DNA of 64,000 nt from Mycobacteriales bacterium (GCA_035526225.1 DATLCV010000001.1:6212-70211), one strand, 5' to 3'. Shown: positions 1-11,402, counted from the first letter of the stretch. The notes: generated by a model not told the origin, from the sequence alone. Numbers and translations: made by a program.

Positions 1-2
1 CC

Positions 3-773
3 TGCGGCAACGGTGACTGGCGCTCCCCCAGCACCTCGCCCTTCGGCCACGGCACGGCAGTCGCCGGGGTCGTCGCCGCAGGCGCGGGGAACGGCGGGAT
101 CGTCGGCGTCGCGCCCGAGGCGAAGGTCATGCCGGTGCGGATCGGCGGCGAAGGCATGTTCGACGACGGCGACATCGCCCGCGGCATCCGCTGGGCGGTC
201 ACGCACGGTGCCGACGTCATCAACCTCTCCCTCAACGCCGCAGACGACGGGACCGTGCGCGCCGCGGTCGCGTACGCCATCGCCCACGACGTGGTCGTCG
301 TGGCGGCGGCCGGGAACGGCTCGTTCCCGCTCTGCGCCCACCCCGGCGACATCGTCGGGGCGCTGTGCGTCACGGCCACCGGGCCGGACGGCCTGCCGTC
401 GGGGTACTCCTCAGCGGGGCTCGCGCCCGGGCTCGGGACGATCGCCGCACCGGGTGGCGCGGCCCCGCCCCGGGGCGTCCCGCTCGTGCTCTCGACCTGC
501 GGCGACTTCGTGATGTCCACCTGGCCCAAGCGGCACCCGGGCGGCTCCTGCACGCCGGGCCCGGGGTGGCGCGGGACCTACGGCACGTCACTCGCGGCCC
601 CGCACGTCGCGGGTGTCGCCGCGCTGCTGCGGTCTCAGGGCCGGTCCGCGGCCGAGACCGTCGAGATCCTGCTGGCCACCGCGAAGCACCCGGGCGGCGT
701 GATGGGCGGGTTCACGCCGTACTACGGCCACGGCGTCGTGGACGCCGCCGCCGCCGTGCGCGCCCCGCGCTAG
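3..773 (+). CDS. S8 subtilisin-like serine peptidase, 5' end cut by window edge
   Basis: The frame is open from the window start. His box FGHGTAVAGV and Ser box GTSLAAPHVAGVAALL are present. Stop at 771-773. Confidence 0.85.
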   Translation, partial: CGNGDWRSPSTSPFGHGTAVAGVVAAGAGNGGIVGVAPEAKVMPVRIGGEGMFDDGDIARGIRWAVTHGADVINLSLNAADDGTVRAAVAYAIAHDVVVVAAAGNGSFPLCAHPGDIVGALCVTATGPDGLPSGYSSAGLAPGLGTIAAPGGAAPPRGVPLVLSTCGDFVMSTWPKRHPGGSCTPGPGWRGTYGTSLAAPHVAGVAALLRSQGRSAAETVEILLATAKHPGGVMGGFTPYYGHGVVDAAAAVRAPR

Positions 774-870
774 GGGCCGTGACGCGCACCACAGGGACGG
801 AACCGGATTCGGGTGGCACCCTGAGGAGCAGTCCCGGGACACCTGCCTGGAGACCGCCTCGGAGGAACCG

Positions 871-1704
871 ATGTCTGACGCCCTGACGAGCCTGTACGGC
901 GGGGTCACCGCGCGCCGTGTCACCACCCGCGACCTGCAGCTGGCTAAGGACCGCGGCGAGAAGTGGGCGATGCTCACGAGCTACGACATGCTCACTGCCC
1001 AGCTCTTCGACGAGGTGGGCATCCCCGTGCTGCTCGTCGGCGACAGCGCCGGCAACATCGTCCTCGGCTACGAGAACACGGTCCCCGTGACGATGGAGGA
1101 CATGCTGCCGCTGGTGCGCGCGGTGGCCCGTTCGACGAAGCGACCTCTCGTCGTCGCCGACATGCCCTTCGGCAGCTACCAGGAGTCGCCGCAGCAGGCG
1201 CTGCACAACGCGGTGCGGTTCATGCAGGTGGGCGCCCAGGCGGTCAAGCTCGAGGGCGGCCGCCGCGTCCTCCCCCAGGCCGAGCTGCTCGTCGAGTCGG
1301 GCGTCCCGGTGATGGGCCACCTCGGGCTCACCCCGCAGAGCGTCAACACCCTCGGCGGCTACCGCGTGCAGGGCCGCGGCTCGGACGGCGACCAGCTGGT
1401 CGCCGATGCGCTCGCGCTGCAGGAGGCCGGTGCCTTCGCGATCGTGCTCGAGGTCGTCCCGGCCGACCTCGCCGAGCGGGTCTCCAAGGAGCTCGTCATC
1501 CCCACCATCGGCATCGGGGCCGGGGCGGGCACCGACGCGCAGGTCCTCGTCTGGACCGACATGGCCGGCCTCACGCCCGGTCCGGGCCCGAAGTTCCTCA
1601 AGAAGTACGCCGACCTGCGCACCGTCCTCGCCGACGCCGCCCGCGCCTACGCCGAGGAGGTCCGCTCCGGCGCGTACCCCACGGTGGACAACAGCTACAC
1701 CTGA
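871..1704 (+). CDS. panB: 3-methyl-2-oxobutanoate hydroxymethyltransferase (ketopantoate hydroxymethyltransferase)
   Basis: 277 aa with typical PanB segments: MLTSYD, LLVGDSAGNIVLGYENT, VVADMPFGSY, AVKLEGG, IGIGAG. Confidence 0.93.
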   Translation: MSDALTSLYGGVTARRVTTRDLQLAKDRGEKWAMLTSYDMLTAQLFDEVGIPVLLVGDSAGNIVLGYENTVPVTMEDMLPLVRAVARSTKRPLVVADMPFGSYQESPQQALHNAVRFMQVGAQAVKLEGGRRVLPQAELLVESGVPVMGHLGLTPQSVNTLGGYRVQGRGSDGDQLVADALALQEAGAFAIVLEVVPADLAERVSKELVIPTIGIGAGAGTDAQVLVWTDMAGLTPGPGPKFLKKYADLRTVLADAARAYAEEVRSGAYPTVDNSYT

Positions 1705-2507
1705 CGGCGCCGCGGCATGGGCGGGGGTGCGGGCCCGGCCTGGCACCGGGGGCACCAGTAGGTCAGCCGCTGCCTCGGCGGCACACCCTGCTCGGCGATG
1801 AGCACCCGTGAGCCGCAGCGGTGGCACGGCCGGCCCGCGCGCTCGAAGACCCAGTGGCTCTCGTCGTACCGGGTGTAGCCGGTGGTGCTCTGCGACCAGC
1901 GGCCCCGGTTGGCTCGCATGAGCCTCACGCACCGCGTGACGACCGCCGACAGGTCGACGTCAGAGACCCGGGTCCACGGGGTGACCCTCTCCATGAACAG
2001 CGCCTCGGCACGGTAGAGGTTGCCGACGCCCGCGAGGTGCCGCTGCTCGAGCAGCGCGGTGCCGATCTCCGCGTCCGGGTCTGCGCCCAACCGGCGCACC
2101 GCCTCCTCGAGGTCGAAGGCGTCGTCCATGACGTCGGGACCGAGGTGTCCGACCACGGTGGCCTCGTCGCGGACCAGCTCGACCACCGGCATCCGGTAGC
2201 CCACCGCCACGGCGTCGGTGTTGGCCAGCACGAGCCGCACCTGGTGATCGGGCCCGCCCTTCCAGCGCTGTCCTGGCCGGTAGACCCGCCACGTGCCGTC
2301 CATCCGGAAGTGCGTGTGCAGCGTCAGCCCCGACGACAGCCGCGTCAGCATGTGCTTGCCACGCGGCACGACCTCGAGCACGGTCTGGCCGACCAGCGAC
2401 GTCGTCGCGAGCTGCGGGACGCGGAAGTCGGTGCGCGTCAGCTCGCGCCCGGCCAGCGCCTCGTGCAGCTGCCGCGCAGACATCCAGACCGTGTCGCCCT
2501 CCGGCAC
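1695..2507 (-). CDS. nei: Fpg/Nei family DNA glycosylase (endonuclease VIII-like)
   Basis: N-terminal MPEGDTV (catalytic Pro2/Glu3) and a C-terminal zinc finger CHRCG...CPRCQ. The 3' end overlaps panB by 10 nt, convergently. Confidence 0.88.
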   Translation of the reverse strand: MPEGDTVWMSARQLHEALAGRELTRTDFRVPQLATTSLVGQTVLEVVPRGKHMLTRLSSGLTLHTHFRMDGTWRVYRPGQRWKGGPDHQVRLVLANTDAVAVGYRMPVVELVRDEATVVGHLGPDVMDDAFDLEEAVRRLGADPDAEIGTALLEQRHLAGVGNLYRAEALFMERVTPWTRVSDVDLSAVVTRCVRLMRANRGRWSQSTTGYTRYDESHWVFERAGRPCHRCGSRVLIAEQGVPPRQRLTYWCPRCQAGPAPPPMPRRRQV

Positions 2508-2566
2508 TCGCTCACCCTAGGTCGGGCGGACACTTGGATCAGCCGTGCGGCGGGTAGGAGCCCCTC

Positions 2567-2737
2567 ATGACAGAGCTGCCTGATCTCCCGGAGGACGTGG
2601 ACAGCGCGCTGGCCGAGCACGTGATAGCCATCCGCAACCGGTTCGGGCTGATCGGCCTCAAGCAGGCACAGCACCTCATCGCGCTGGAGATCACGATCTA
2701 CGAGGACAGCTACGCCAACCTCGACGACTCTCCCTAG
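2567..2737 (+). CDS. Small hypothetical protein (56 aa), not in the ORF track
   Basis: ATG at 2567 follows GGTAGGAG with good spacing. Third-position GC is high across the ORF. The TAG at 2735-2737 interlocks with the stop of the convergent gene at 2734-2736. No recognisable family. Confidence 0.4.
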   Translation: MTELPDLPEDVDSALAEHVIAIRNRFGLIGLKQAQHLIALEITIYEDSYANLDDSP

Positions 2738-3450
2738 ACCGCGAGCTGGCGCGCGAGGAGGTCGCGGGCCTCGACCAGGGACGGGCCGTACCACGTGAGG
2801 TGGCGGCCGCTCACGCACCTGCTCGGCGCCGCGAAGCACTCCGGCCCGTCGGTGGGCGAGAAGGCGTACGGCTCGTCCGGCAGGACCACCAGCCCGTACG
2901 GCGGGAGCTCGGCCAGCTCGACCTTCGGGTACCGCTCCGGGTGCCCGGCCAGGACGTTGTCGACGCCGAGCCGCGTGAGCACGTCCCCGGTGAACGTGCC
3001 CGACCCCAAGGCCATCCACGGCCGGCGCCAGATCGGGACCAGCGCGGTTCGACGTGGGCCGGTGAAGGGCTGCTCCCACGCGGCCGTGGCCTCCGCCAGC
3101 CAGCCCGGTCGTGGCAGCCCGCAGGCCGCGAGCATGCGTTCCAGCGACGCGAGGGCCTCGGGAACCGTCCGCGGGTAGGTCACCCACACCGCGAGCCCGG
3201 ACGCCCGCAGCGCATCGAGGTCCTCGAGGCGGTTCTCCTCGGCGTTGGCGAGCACGAGGTCAGGCCGCAGGCCGAGGACGGCGTCGAGCGCCGGGCTCTT
3301 CGTGCCCCGGACCCGGGTGACCTCCAGGTCCGGCGGGTGCGAGCACCAGTCGGTCGCGCCGACCAGGAGCTCGGGCGCCGTCACGGCCAGGGACTCGGTG
3401 AGCGAGGGCACGAGCGACACGACACGGCGCACCGTTGCGGGCACCGGCAC
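2734..3450 (-). CDS. BtuF/TroA-like cobalamin-binding (helical-backbone metal receptor) protein
   Basis: Segment RVVSLVPSLTESL...LVGATDWC...RPDLVLANAEEN is typical of BtuF-like binders. The long ORF (to 3660) overlaps npdG, so I chose a GTG at 3450 (3444 is also possible). No obvious signal peptide from that start. Confidence 0.7.
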   Translation of the reverse strand: MPVPATVRRVVSLVPSLTESLAVTAPELLVGATDWCSHPPDLEVTRVRGTKSPALDAVLGLRPDLVLANAEENRLEDLDALRASGLAVWVTYPRTVPEALASLERMLAACGLPRPGWLAEATAAWEQPFTGPRRTALVPIWRRPWMALGSGTFTGDVLTRLGVDNVLAGHPERYPKVELAELPPYGLVVLPDEPYAFSPTDGPECFAAPSRCVSGRHLTWYGPSLVEARDLLARQLAV

Positions 3451-3481
3451 GAGGGCGCCGGTGTCGTCGTACCAGCCGGTG

Positions 3482-4135
3482 TCAGACGTCGGTGACCCGG
3501 AGTCCGGCGTGCGCCTTGTAGCGGCGGTTGACCGAGATGAGGTTGGCCGTGAGGGCCTCGACCTGGTGGGCGTTGCGAAGACGGCCGGCGTAGACGCCGC
3601 GCATGCCGGGGATCCGCGCCACGAGGGCCTCGACGAGGTCCGTCGCCTCGCGGTCGTCACCGAGGACGAGGATGTCGGTCTCCAGGGCGGCCACGCTCTC
3701 GTCGAGCAGCAGCACCGCGCTCACGTGGTGGAAGGCGCCGACCACGCGGCTGTCGGGGAGCACGGCCGCCGCCTGCTCGGCCGCACTGCCCTCCGCGACG
3801 GCCAGGGCGTACGCGCCCTGCTTGTCGAAGCCCAGCGGGTTGACGCAGTCGATGACGACCTTGCCGGCAAGGACCGCTGCGAGCTCGGTGAGCAGCTCCT
3901 TGTGGCCGTCCCAGGGCACGGCGACGATCACCACGTCGGCACGCGCCGCGGCGTCGGCGTTCGCCGCCCCGCTGACGGTGGCGGGCAGCCCCTGGGCCGC
4001 CTCCTCGGCCCGCTCGGCGGAGCGTGAACCGATGATCACCTCGTGCCCCGCCAGGCCGAAGCGACGGGCCAGGCCGCGGCCCTGCTCCCCGGTGCCGCCG
4101 AGCACGGCGAGGACGAGTGAGGTGACGTCGGTCAT
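3482..4135 (-). CDS. npdG: NADPH-dependent F420 reductase (NpdG-like)
   Basis: Start MTDVTSLVLAVLGGTGEQGRGLA carries the dinucleotide fold GGTGxxG. The rest resembles F420:NADP oxidoreductases. The ORF-track entry (to 4780) has an implausible Arg/Gly-rich N-extension, so I chose the ATG at 4135. Confidence 0.75.
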   Translation of the reverse strand: MTDVTSLVLAVLGGTGEQGRGLARRFGLAGHEVIIGSRSAERAEEAAQGLPATVSGAANADAAARADVVIVAVPWDGHKELLTELAAVLAGKVVIDCVNPLGFDKQGAYALAVAEGSAAEQAAAVLPDSRVVGAFHHVSAVLLLDESVAALETDILVLGDDREATDLVEALVARIPGMRGVYAGRLRNAHQVEALTANLISVNRRYKAHAGLRVTDV

Positions 4136-4288
4136 GGGGCAGGATTCTGGCAGCCCGCCCACGCAGGCCCCGCACCGGTGCCCTGTCAGGAAACTGCCAG
4201 GCAACTCGAGCAGGAACCCCCCGCCGAACGTCGAAACCGGACAGCAGGGCAAGTTGGTCCCCATGACCGGGTCGAGCTGGAGGCAGCA

Positions 4289-5164
4289 ATGAGCAACGGG
4301 GAAGGCACGCCGGGTCGCCGGCTCCGCCTCGTCCCCGTGCGCCGCCCCTCCGAGCCGGACGTGCCGCCGAGGGTGGAGGCGCTGGACGCCCTGCTGCGCG
4401 AGGTCGACGACCTCCGGCTGACCCTGGAGACGGACCTCACCCTGGCCGCCTCCGCCGTCGAGTCGGGCAAGCCCGGCATCGCGGCCGAGATCCTCGGTGC
4501 CGACCGCGTTGCGCTGCACTCCTTCGAGGAGCGCGCCCTCGACCACCTCAGCGAGCTCGAGAGCCCCCGTCGCCACCGCCTCTGGGCGCAGGTCCACGCT
4601 GCGCCGATCGTCGCTGCCGCCGCTCTCGTCGGCGTGCTGGTCGGCGTCGTGCCCCAGGCCCTCGGGCCGCGCACGGACGGCGGGCAGAGCACGGTCGCGG
4701 CGGACAGCCTCTACCGGATCCAGGAGCTGGCCGAGAACGGCAGCACCGACGAGGTCCGCGCGGCCTCCGCGCAGCTGCACCGGCAGCTGGCGGGCGTGGT
4801 TGCCAACGCCGAGTCCGACCCCGCAGCCGCGCAGACCGCACTGCTGCTGCTGACCTACGAGCAGTCGGCCATCGTCCGCAGCGGTGACAGCCGGGCGCTG
4901 GCAGACGTGCTCCGCCAGTCGCAGGCGCTCGCGGCGGCGATCGTCGCCGCCCTGCCGAGCAAGCGCACCTCCGTGCCGCGTCTCGCTCCCGTCGTGACGG
5001 AGCCCACCTCGGCGCCCAGGCCCACGGCGAGCCCGACCGCCTCCCCGAAGGCGAAGCCCACGGCGAGCCCCACGGCCGCCCCCAGCGCCTCGCCGACGTC
5101 GTCCCCGACGGCCAGCAAGGACCCCGCGCCCAACCCGATCCCCAGCGCGCCCATCGCGCCGTAA
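4289..5164 (+). CDS. Hypothetical single-pass membrane protein with a Pro/Thr/Ser/Ala-rich tail
   Basis: GGAGG lies 6 nt before the ATG at 4289. One hydrophobic helix (AAPIVAAAALVGVLVGVV). The C-terminal tail repeats PTASPTASPKAKPTASPTAAPSASPTSSPTAS. Confidence 0.65.
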   Translation: MSNGEGTPGRRLRLVPVRRPSEPDVPPRVEALDALLREVDDLRLTLETDLTLAASAVESGKPGIAAEILGADRVALHSFEERALDHLSELESPRRHRLWAQVHAAPIVAAAALVGVLVGVVPQALGPRTDGGQSTVAADSLYRIQELAENGSTDEVRAASAQLHRQLAGVVANAESDPAAAQTALLLLTYEQSAIVRSGDSRALADVLRQSQALAAAIVAALPSKRTSVPRLAPVVTEPTSAPRPTASPTASPKAKPTASPTAAPSASPTSSPTASKDPAPNPIPSAPIAP

Positions 5165-5206
5165 CCGGCTGGACCGGGCACCCCCGGTCTGGGACGGTCA
5201 GGCCCC

Positions 5207-6487
5207 GTGAGGCACCTGCTCGTCGACCTGACGCCCCTGCGGCGGCACCGCGACTTCCGGCTGCTCTGGTGCGCGGTCGCGGTGACCTTCTTCGGCAGCA
5301 TGATCACCTACGTCGCCATCCCGTACCAGGTGTACCGGCTGACGGAGTCGACCCTGCTGGTCGGGCTGCTCGGCGCGGTGGAGTTCGTCGCGATCATGAC
5401 GATGGCGCTCGTCGGCGGAGCGCTCGCGGACGCGATCGACAGGCGGCGCATGGTGCGGGTCACCGAGGCGACCCTGCTGCTGCTGGTCAGCCTGCTGGCC
5501 CTCAACGCCCTGCGCGACGAGCCGTCAGTCGTGCTGCTGTTCGTGGTGGCCGGGCTCATGATGGCCGTCGACTCCCTGCAGCGACCGTCGCTGGACGCCC
5601 TGCTTCCCCGGCTCGTGCCCCGCGAGGACGTCCTGGCGGCTGGCGCGCTCAACGCCTTCCGCACCCAGATCGGCATGATCGCCGGGCCGGCGCTCGGGGG
5701 CGTCCTCATCGCGTGGATCGGGCTGACGGCGACGTACCTGGTCGACGTCGTGACCTTCGCGTTCAGCCTCGCCCTGCTGGCGCGGATGCGCGCCGTGCCC
5801 CCCTCCGCCGACGCGGCCCGGCCCTCGCTGCGCGGCGTCGCAGAGGGACTCCGGTATGCCCGGTCCCGCCCCGAGCTGATGGGCACCTACCTGGTCGACA
5901 TGAACGCGATGTTCTTCGGGATGCCCAACGCGCTGTTCCCCCAGCTCGCCACGGCGTACGGCGGCGCCTCCGTGCTCGGGTTGCTGTACGCCGCGCCGTC
6001 GGTGGGGTCGCTGCTCGCGACACTGACCAGCGGGTGGTCCAAGCGCGTGCGCCGGCAGGGGCTGGCCATCCTCTGGGCCGCCGCGCTGTGGGGCGTCGCG
6101 ATCCTGCTCTTCGCGCTGGCTCCCTGGCTGTGGCTGGCGCTGCTCATGCTGACGGCGGCCGGGGCGGCGGACATGATCAGCGGGCTCTTCCGCATGACGA
6201 TCTGGAACACCACCATCCCCGACCACCTGCGCGGCCGGCTGGCCGGCATCGAGCTCATCGGTTACGGCAGCGGGCCGACGCTGGGCAACGTCGAGGCGGG
6301 CGCCGTGGCTGCGCTCACCACGCCACGCATCTCGGCGGGGATCGGCGGGGTGCTGTGCGTGGCCGGGACGGCCGTCCTCGCCGTGGCGCTGCCGGAGTTC
6401 CGGCGGTACCGCTCAGCCGAGCCGGAAGGCGACCTTCCTGGTGCGGACGTCCGCGACGGCGAGCACGACCTCGACCCGGCGCCCTAG
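5207..6487 (+). CDS. MFS transporter (EntS/secretion-effector-like)
   Basis: About 12 hydrophobic helices, N-terminal RDFRLLW, and MFS motif A-like GGALADAIDRRRM. Confidence 0.85.
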   Translation: MRHLLVDLTPLRRHRDFRLLWCAVAVTFFGSMITYVAIPYQVYRLTESTLLVGLLGAVEFVAIMTMALVGGALADAIDRRRMVRVTEATLLLLVSLLALNALRDEPSVVLLFVVAGLMMAVDSLQRPSLDALLPRLVPREDVLAAGALNAFRTQIGMIAGPALGGVLIAWIGLTATYLVDVVTFAFSLALLARMRAVPPSADAARPSLRGVAEGLRYARSRPELMGTYLVDMNAMFFGMPNALFPQLATAYGGASVLGLLYAAPSVGSLLATLTSGWSKRVRRQGLAILWAAALWGVAILLFALAPWLWLALLMLTAAGAADMISGLFRMTIWNTTIPDHLRGRLAGIELIGYGSGPTLGNVEAGAVAALTTPRISAGIGGVLCVAGTAVLAVALPEFRRYRSAEPEGDLPGADVRDGEHDLDPAP

Positions 6488-7810
6488 CGGCGGCTCGGCC
6501 CCCTCCACCCGACCCCGTACGGCGGGCTCGGTGAGCTGGACCGTCCCGCCGGTGCCGTTGGTGTCCACGACGACGGCCTCGAACGACTCACCGACGCGGT
6601 GCTGGAGCACCCACGCCTCGGCGAGGTCCACGGCCGCCCGGTCCAGCTCGTGCGCCCGGCGGTCGGCCTGCGCCATCTCCCCCGGCAGGACGGGCAGGGC
6701 CTCGCGCGCCCACCCGGGCACGTCCACGCCGGCGCAGAGCGAGAGGCAGACCTCCCCGACGTACCGGTCGGCGAGGCGGCGCAGCGGTGCGGTGCAGTGG
6801 GCGTACGGCGCGGCGACGGCGGAGTGGGTGGTCAGGTCCGGCGGGCTCCCGTCGAAGGCGGTGTACCCCGCACCGCGGAGCAGCCGGGTGGCGAGCGTGA
6901 GCAGAGCCGCGTTGTGGGGGACCGCCGGGTCGAGGGCGCTGAGGACGTCGCCGTGCGCCGCGCCCTCGGGCCAGGCGACACCTAGTGCCAGCGCGCTGCG
7001 GCGCAGGGAGTCGACGGCCTCCTGCGGCGGGCGCGGCAGGGTCCGCAGCAGGCCGACGCTGCCCTCCAGCATGAGCGCTGCCGCCGCCATGCCGGTGAGC
7101 AGGCTGATCTCGGCGTTCCACTGCTCGGCGGGGAGCGGGGCGCGGTAGGTGAGCCGGCCGTCCGCGTCCACGACCTGCTCGGGCGTCGGCAGCTCAACGG
7201 CTCTCCGGGCCCGCGCTTGCTGCTGCCGCAGCCTGCCGACGGTCTCGAGCAGCGCCAGGTCCTCGGTGGCAGTGCCGTCGGCGAGAGCGCGCTGGACGGA
7301 CTCGTAGTCGAGCTGGCGGCGGCTGCGCACGACGGCCCGCTCGACGTGCGTGCGGGTGAGGGCGCCGTCCGCGTCGAGGGAGAGCTCCCAGACGAGCGCC
7401 GGGCGGTCCTGGTCCGGCAGCAGGCTGGCGGCGTCCTCGCTGAGCACGGTGGGGTGCAGCGGCGTACGCCGGTCAGGCGAGTACAGGGTCACGCCGCGCC
7501 GGTGCGCCTCGGCGTCGACCAGCCCACCTGGGCGCACGAACGCGGCGACGTCGGCGATGGCGTAGCGGACGAGGTAGCCCGTTGCGGTGCGGGACAGCGC
7601 CATCGCCTGGTCCAGGTCGACGGCGCCTGCCGGGTCGATCGTCAGGAACGGGACGTCGGTGAGGTCGCGCTCCGGCTTGTCGGGTTCGCGGGCCGACTGC
7701 GCGGCCTCCGCCTCGACGTCGGCTGGGAACGAGGTCGGCAGGTGCAGCTCGGCGCGCAGCGCGTCCCAGTCGTACGACGTGGGTGGCAGGCTCAGCCGCG
7801 GGCTCGGCAC
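6413..7810 (-). CDS. RNB-domain ribonuclease (RNase II/R family, short actinobacterial type)
   Basis: PFLTIDPAGAVDLDQA, YAIADVAAFV, TLYSPDRRTPLHP and APYAHCTAPLRRLADR are RNB catalytic-region motifs. Confidence 0.85.
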   Translation of the reverse strand: MPSPRLSLPPTSYDWDALRAELHLPTSFPADVEAEAAQSAREPDKPERDLTDVPFLTIDPAGAVDLDQAMALSRTATGYLVRYAIADVAAFVRPGGLVDAEAHRRGVTLYSPDRRTPLHPTVLSEDAASLLPDQDRPALVWELSLDADGALTRTHVERAVVRSRRQLDYESVQRALADGTATEDLALLETVGRLRQQQARARRAVELPTPEQVVDADGRLTYRAPLPAEQWNAEISLLTGMAAAALMLEGSVGLLRTLPRPPQEAVDSLRRSALALGVAWPEGAAHGDVLSALDPAVPHNAALLTLATRLLRGAGYTAFDGSPPDLTTHSAVAAPYAHCTAPLRRLADRYVGEVCLSLCAGVDVPGWAREALPVLPGEMAQADRRAHELDRAAVDLAEAWVLQHRVGESFEAVVVDTNGTGGTVQLTEPAVRGRVEGAEPPLGRRVEVVLAVADVRTRKVAFRLG

Positions 7811-7826
7811 TCCCCGACCCTAAGCC

Positions 7827-9050
7827 TCAGCCGTTGCCGCTCAAGAGGGCGTGCAGGGGCACCGCCGTGCTGTTCGGCGCGTACGTCGTCGTATCCGTGA
7901 TGAGGTCGTACGTCCCGTTGTTCGAGCCGTCGAACGCGAAGCCGATGATCCCCCACCTGGGGCTCTGCGCCTGCAGGTAGGCAATGGTCTCGCTGTAGAA
8001 GCTCGCACCCTCGGTGTAGTCGGTGCGGCTGCCGTCGCCGCTCGGGTAAGTCGGCCAGCCCACCTCGGTCACGAGCACCGGAGAGCTCCCGGCCAAGCCG
8101 CGCCAGCCGTCGAGGGCCGCCGTGTTGGCGTGCGCCTTCTCCGTGTGCGCGCAGTCGTGCTGCGTGTTGAGCGGGTCCGAGCACGTGTAGGGGTGCAAGG
8201 CGTAGACGAGGTTGCCCGAGGTCGCGTTGACGAGCTGGGTCGGCGGCGCGCCGGCGTAGCCGAGTCCATCAGCGAAGACGAGATGCCCGGGAGCCCGCGC
8301 GGTCACGCGGTCATAGAGCTCCTGCATGCCAACCGCCTCCCACTTCACGGCGAGGGGCTTGTTGATGCAGGCGGTGCGCTCCAGCTGCGCCTTGCGCAGC
8401 GCGACGGTGTCTGACGTCCAGACGACGTCCTTGCAGTCGGTCATGGTCTCCGCCCCCTGCGTGCCGTTGAGCCACACGCCGCCGTCGACGTAGTGCGGCT
8501 CGTTGTACAGCTCGAAGGCGACAAGGGGGTTGCCCGCGTAGTGCGCGGCAGCCGAGTCCCAGAAGGTCCTGACGTCAGGATCGGGCATCGTGTGCATGCC
8601 GAGCGCCTTGCACTTCGGCGCGATGGTGTGCAGGTCGAGCAGGGCGAGCATGCCCTGGCTGGTGATCTGCTGGATCACCGCGTCGACCTTGACGCGATAG
8701 CCGACGGGGTCGTTGGCGATGGTGGGGCACGAACCCGTCCAGTGGGGAGCGCTCACGGGAACGCGCACGACGTTCGCGTTCCAGGAACCGGTGTGGCCGC
8801 GACCGATCCAGCTGATCTCGTCTGCCGTCGGGAAGCGCTGTGCCGCTACCTGCGGGCCGTCGCGGTGGATGCCGTTGAGCACCACCGTCTGGTTGTTCAC
8901 GTCGACGATCCGGTTGCCGCTGACCGACAGCGGCAGCGCGAAGCGCGCCGACCCTGCCGCGTGGACAGCGGGCGCCGTCACACCCAGTCCCGCTGACACC
9001 AGTGCTGCCGCTGCCGTCGATGCCAGTGCTGCCTTGAGCCGTGCGCGCAT
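7827..9050 (-). CDS. Secreted glycoside hydrolase family 5 (cellulase/mannanase-like)
   Basis: Signal peptide MRARLKAALASTAAAALVSAGLGVTAPAVHA. Acid/base motif FELYNEPH and nucleophile motif LVTEVGWP. Confidence 0.8.
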   Translation of the reverse strand: MRARLKAALASTAAAALVSAGLGVTAPAVHAAGSARFALPLSVSGNRIVDVNNQTVVLNGIHRDGPQVAAQRFPTADEISWIGRGHTGSWNANVVRVPVSAPHWTGSCPTIANDPVGYRVKVDAVIQQITSQGMLALLDLHTIAPKCKALGMHTMPDPDVRTFWDSAAAHYAGNPLVAFELYNEPHYVDGGVWLNGTQGAETMTDCKDVVWTSDTVALRKAQLERTACINKPLAVKWEAVGMQELYDRVTARAPGHLVFADGLGYAGAPPTQLVNATSGNLVYALHPYTCSDPLNTQHDCAHTEKAHANTAALDGWRGLAGSSPVLVTEVGWPTYPSGDGSRTDYTEGASFYSETIAYLQAQSPRWGIIGFAFDGSNNGTYDLITDTTTYAPNSTAVPLHALLSGNG

Positions 9051-9136
9051 GTGCTCTCCCTGTTGACGACAACTCGGGCATGATCAACTGGGTGCACGTG
9101 ATGCTAGGGGTGCCGCCGCGATCTTCGCGCGGGAGG

Positions 9137-9550
9137 TCACTCAGGCAGGTGGTTCTGCAGTGCGGCGCGCTGGGGGTCGGTGAGAGCGACGCTCGTGCCG
9201 GCGGTGTAGTCGAACGCCACGAGGACGACCTCGGCCGTGGCGACCGGCTTGTCGTGCTGGGCCATAGCCAACCCGAGCCGGAACGAGGTGCGTCCGACCG
9301 AGACGACGACGACGTCGATGACCAGGTCACCGGCGCCGACCTCGCTCAGGTAGTCGATCTCCACACGCGGGCAGATGATCTCCACGCCGAACCCCCCGAG
9401 GTCACCCAGGAAGGCCATCCACGCCTCGCCGCAGCGCCCGAGGATGCGGTCGAAGGTGAGGTGCGCGCCGCGGCCAGGGGCAGTCGGGTCGAGGGTGCCG
9501 CCGATGACCGAGACGTGCTCGGGCAGGACCGGGCTGGTGTGCGTGAACAC
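9137..9550 (-). CDS. Hotdog-fold acyl-CoA thioesterase (4HBT-like)
   Basis: 137 aa with a typical thioesterase core (VEIDYLSEVGAGD...GRTSFRL...). The start abuts the thiC stop with no gap. Confidence 0.7.
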   Translation of the reverse strand: MFTHTSPVLPEHVSVIGGTLDPTAPGRGAHLTFDRILGRCGEAWMAFLGDLGGFGVEIICPRVEIDYLSEVGAGDLVIDVVVVSVGRTSFRLGLAMAQHDKPVATAEVVLVAFDYTAGTSVALTDPQRAALQNHLPE

Positions 9551-11402
<1,852 letters not shown>

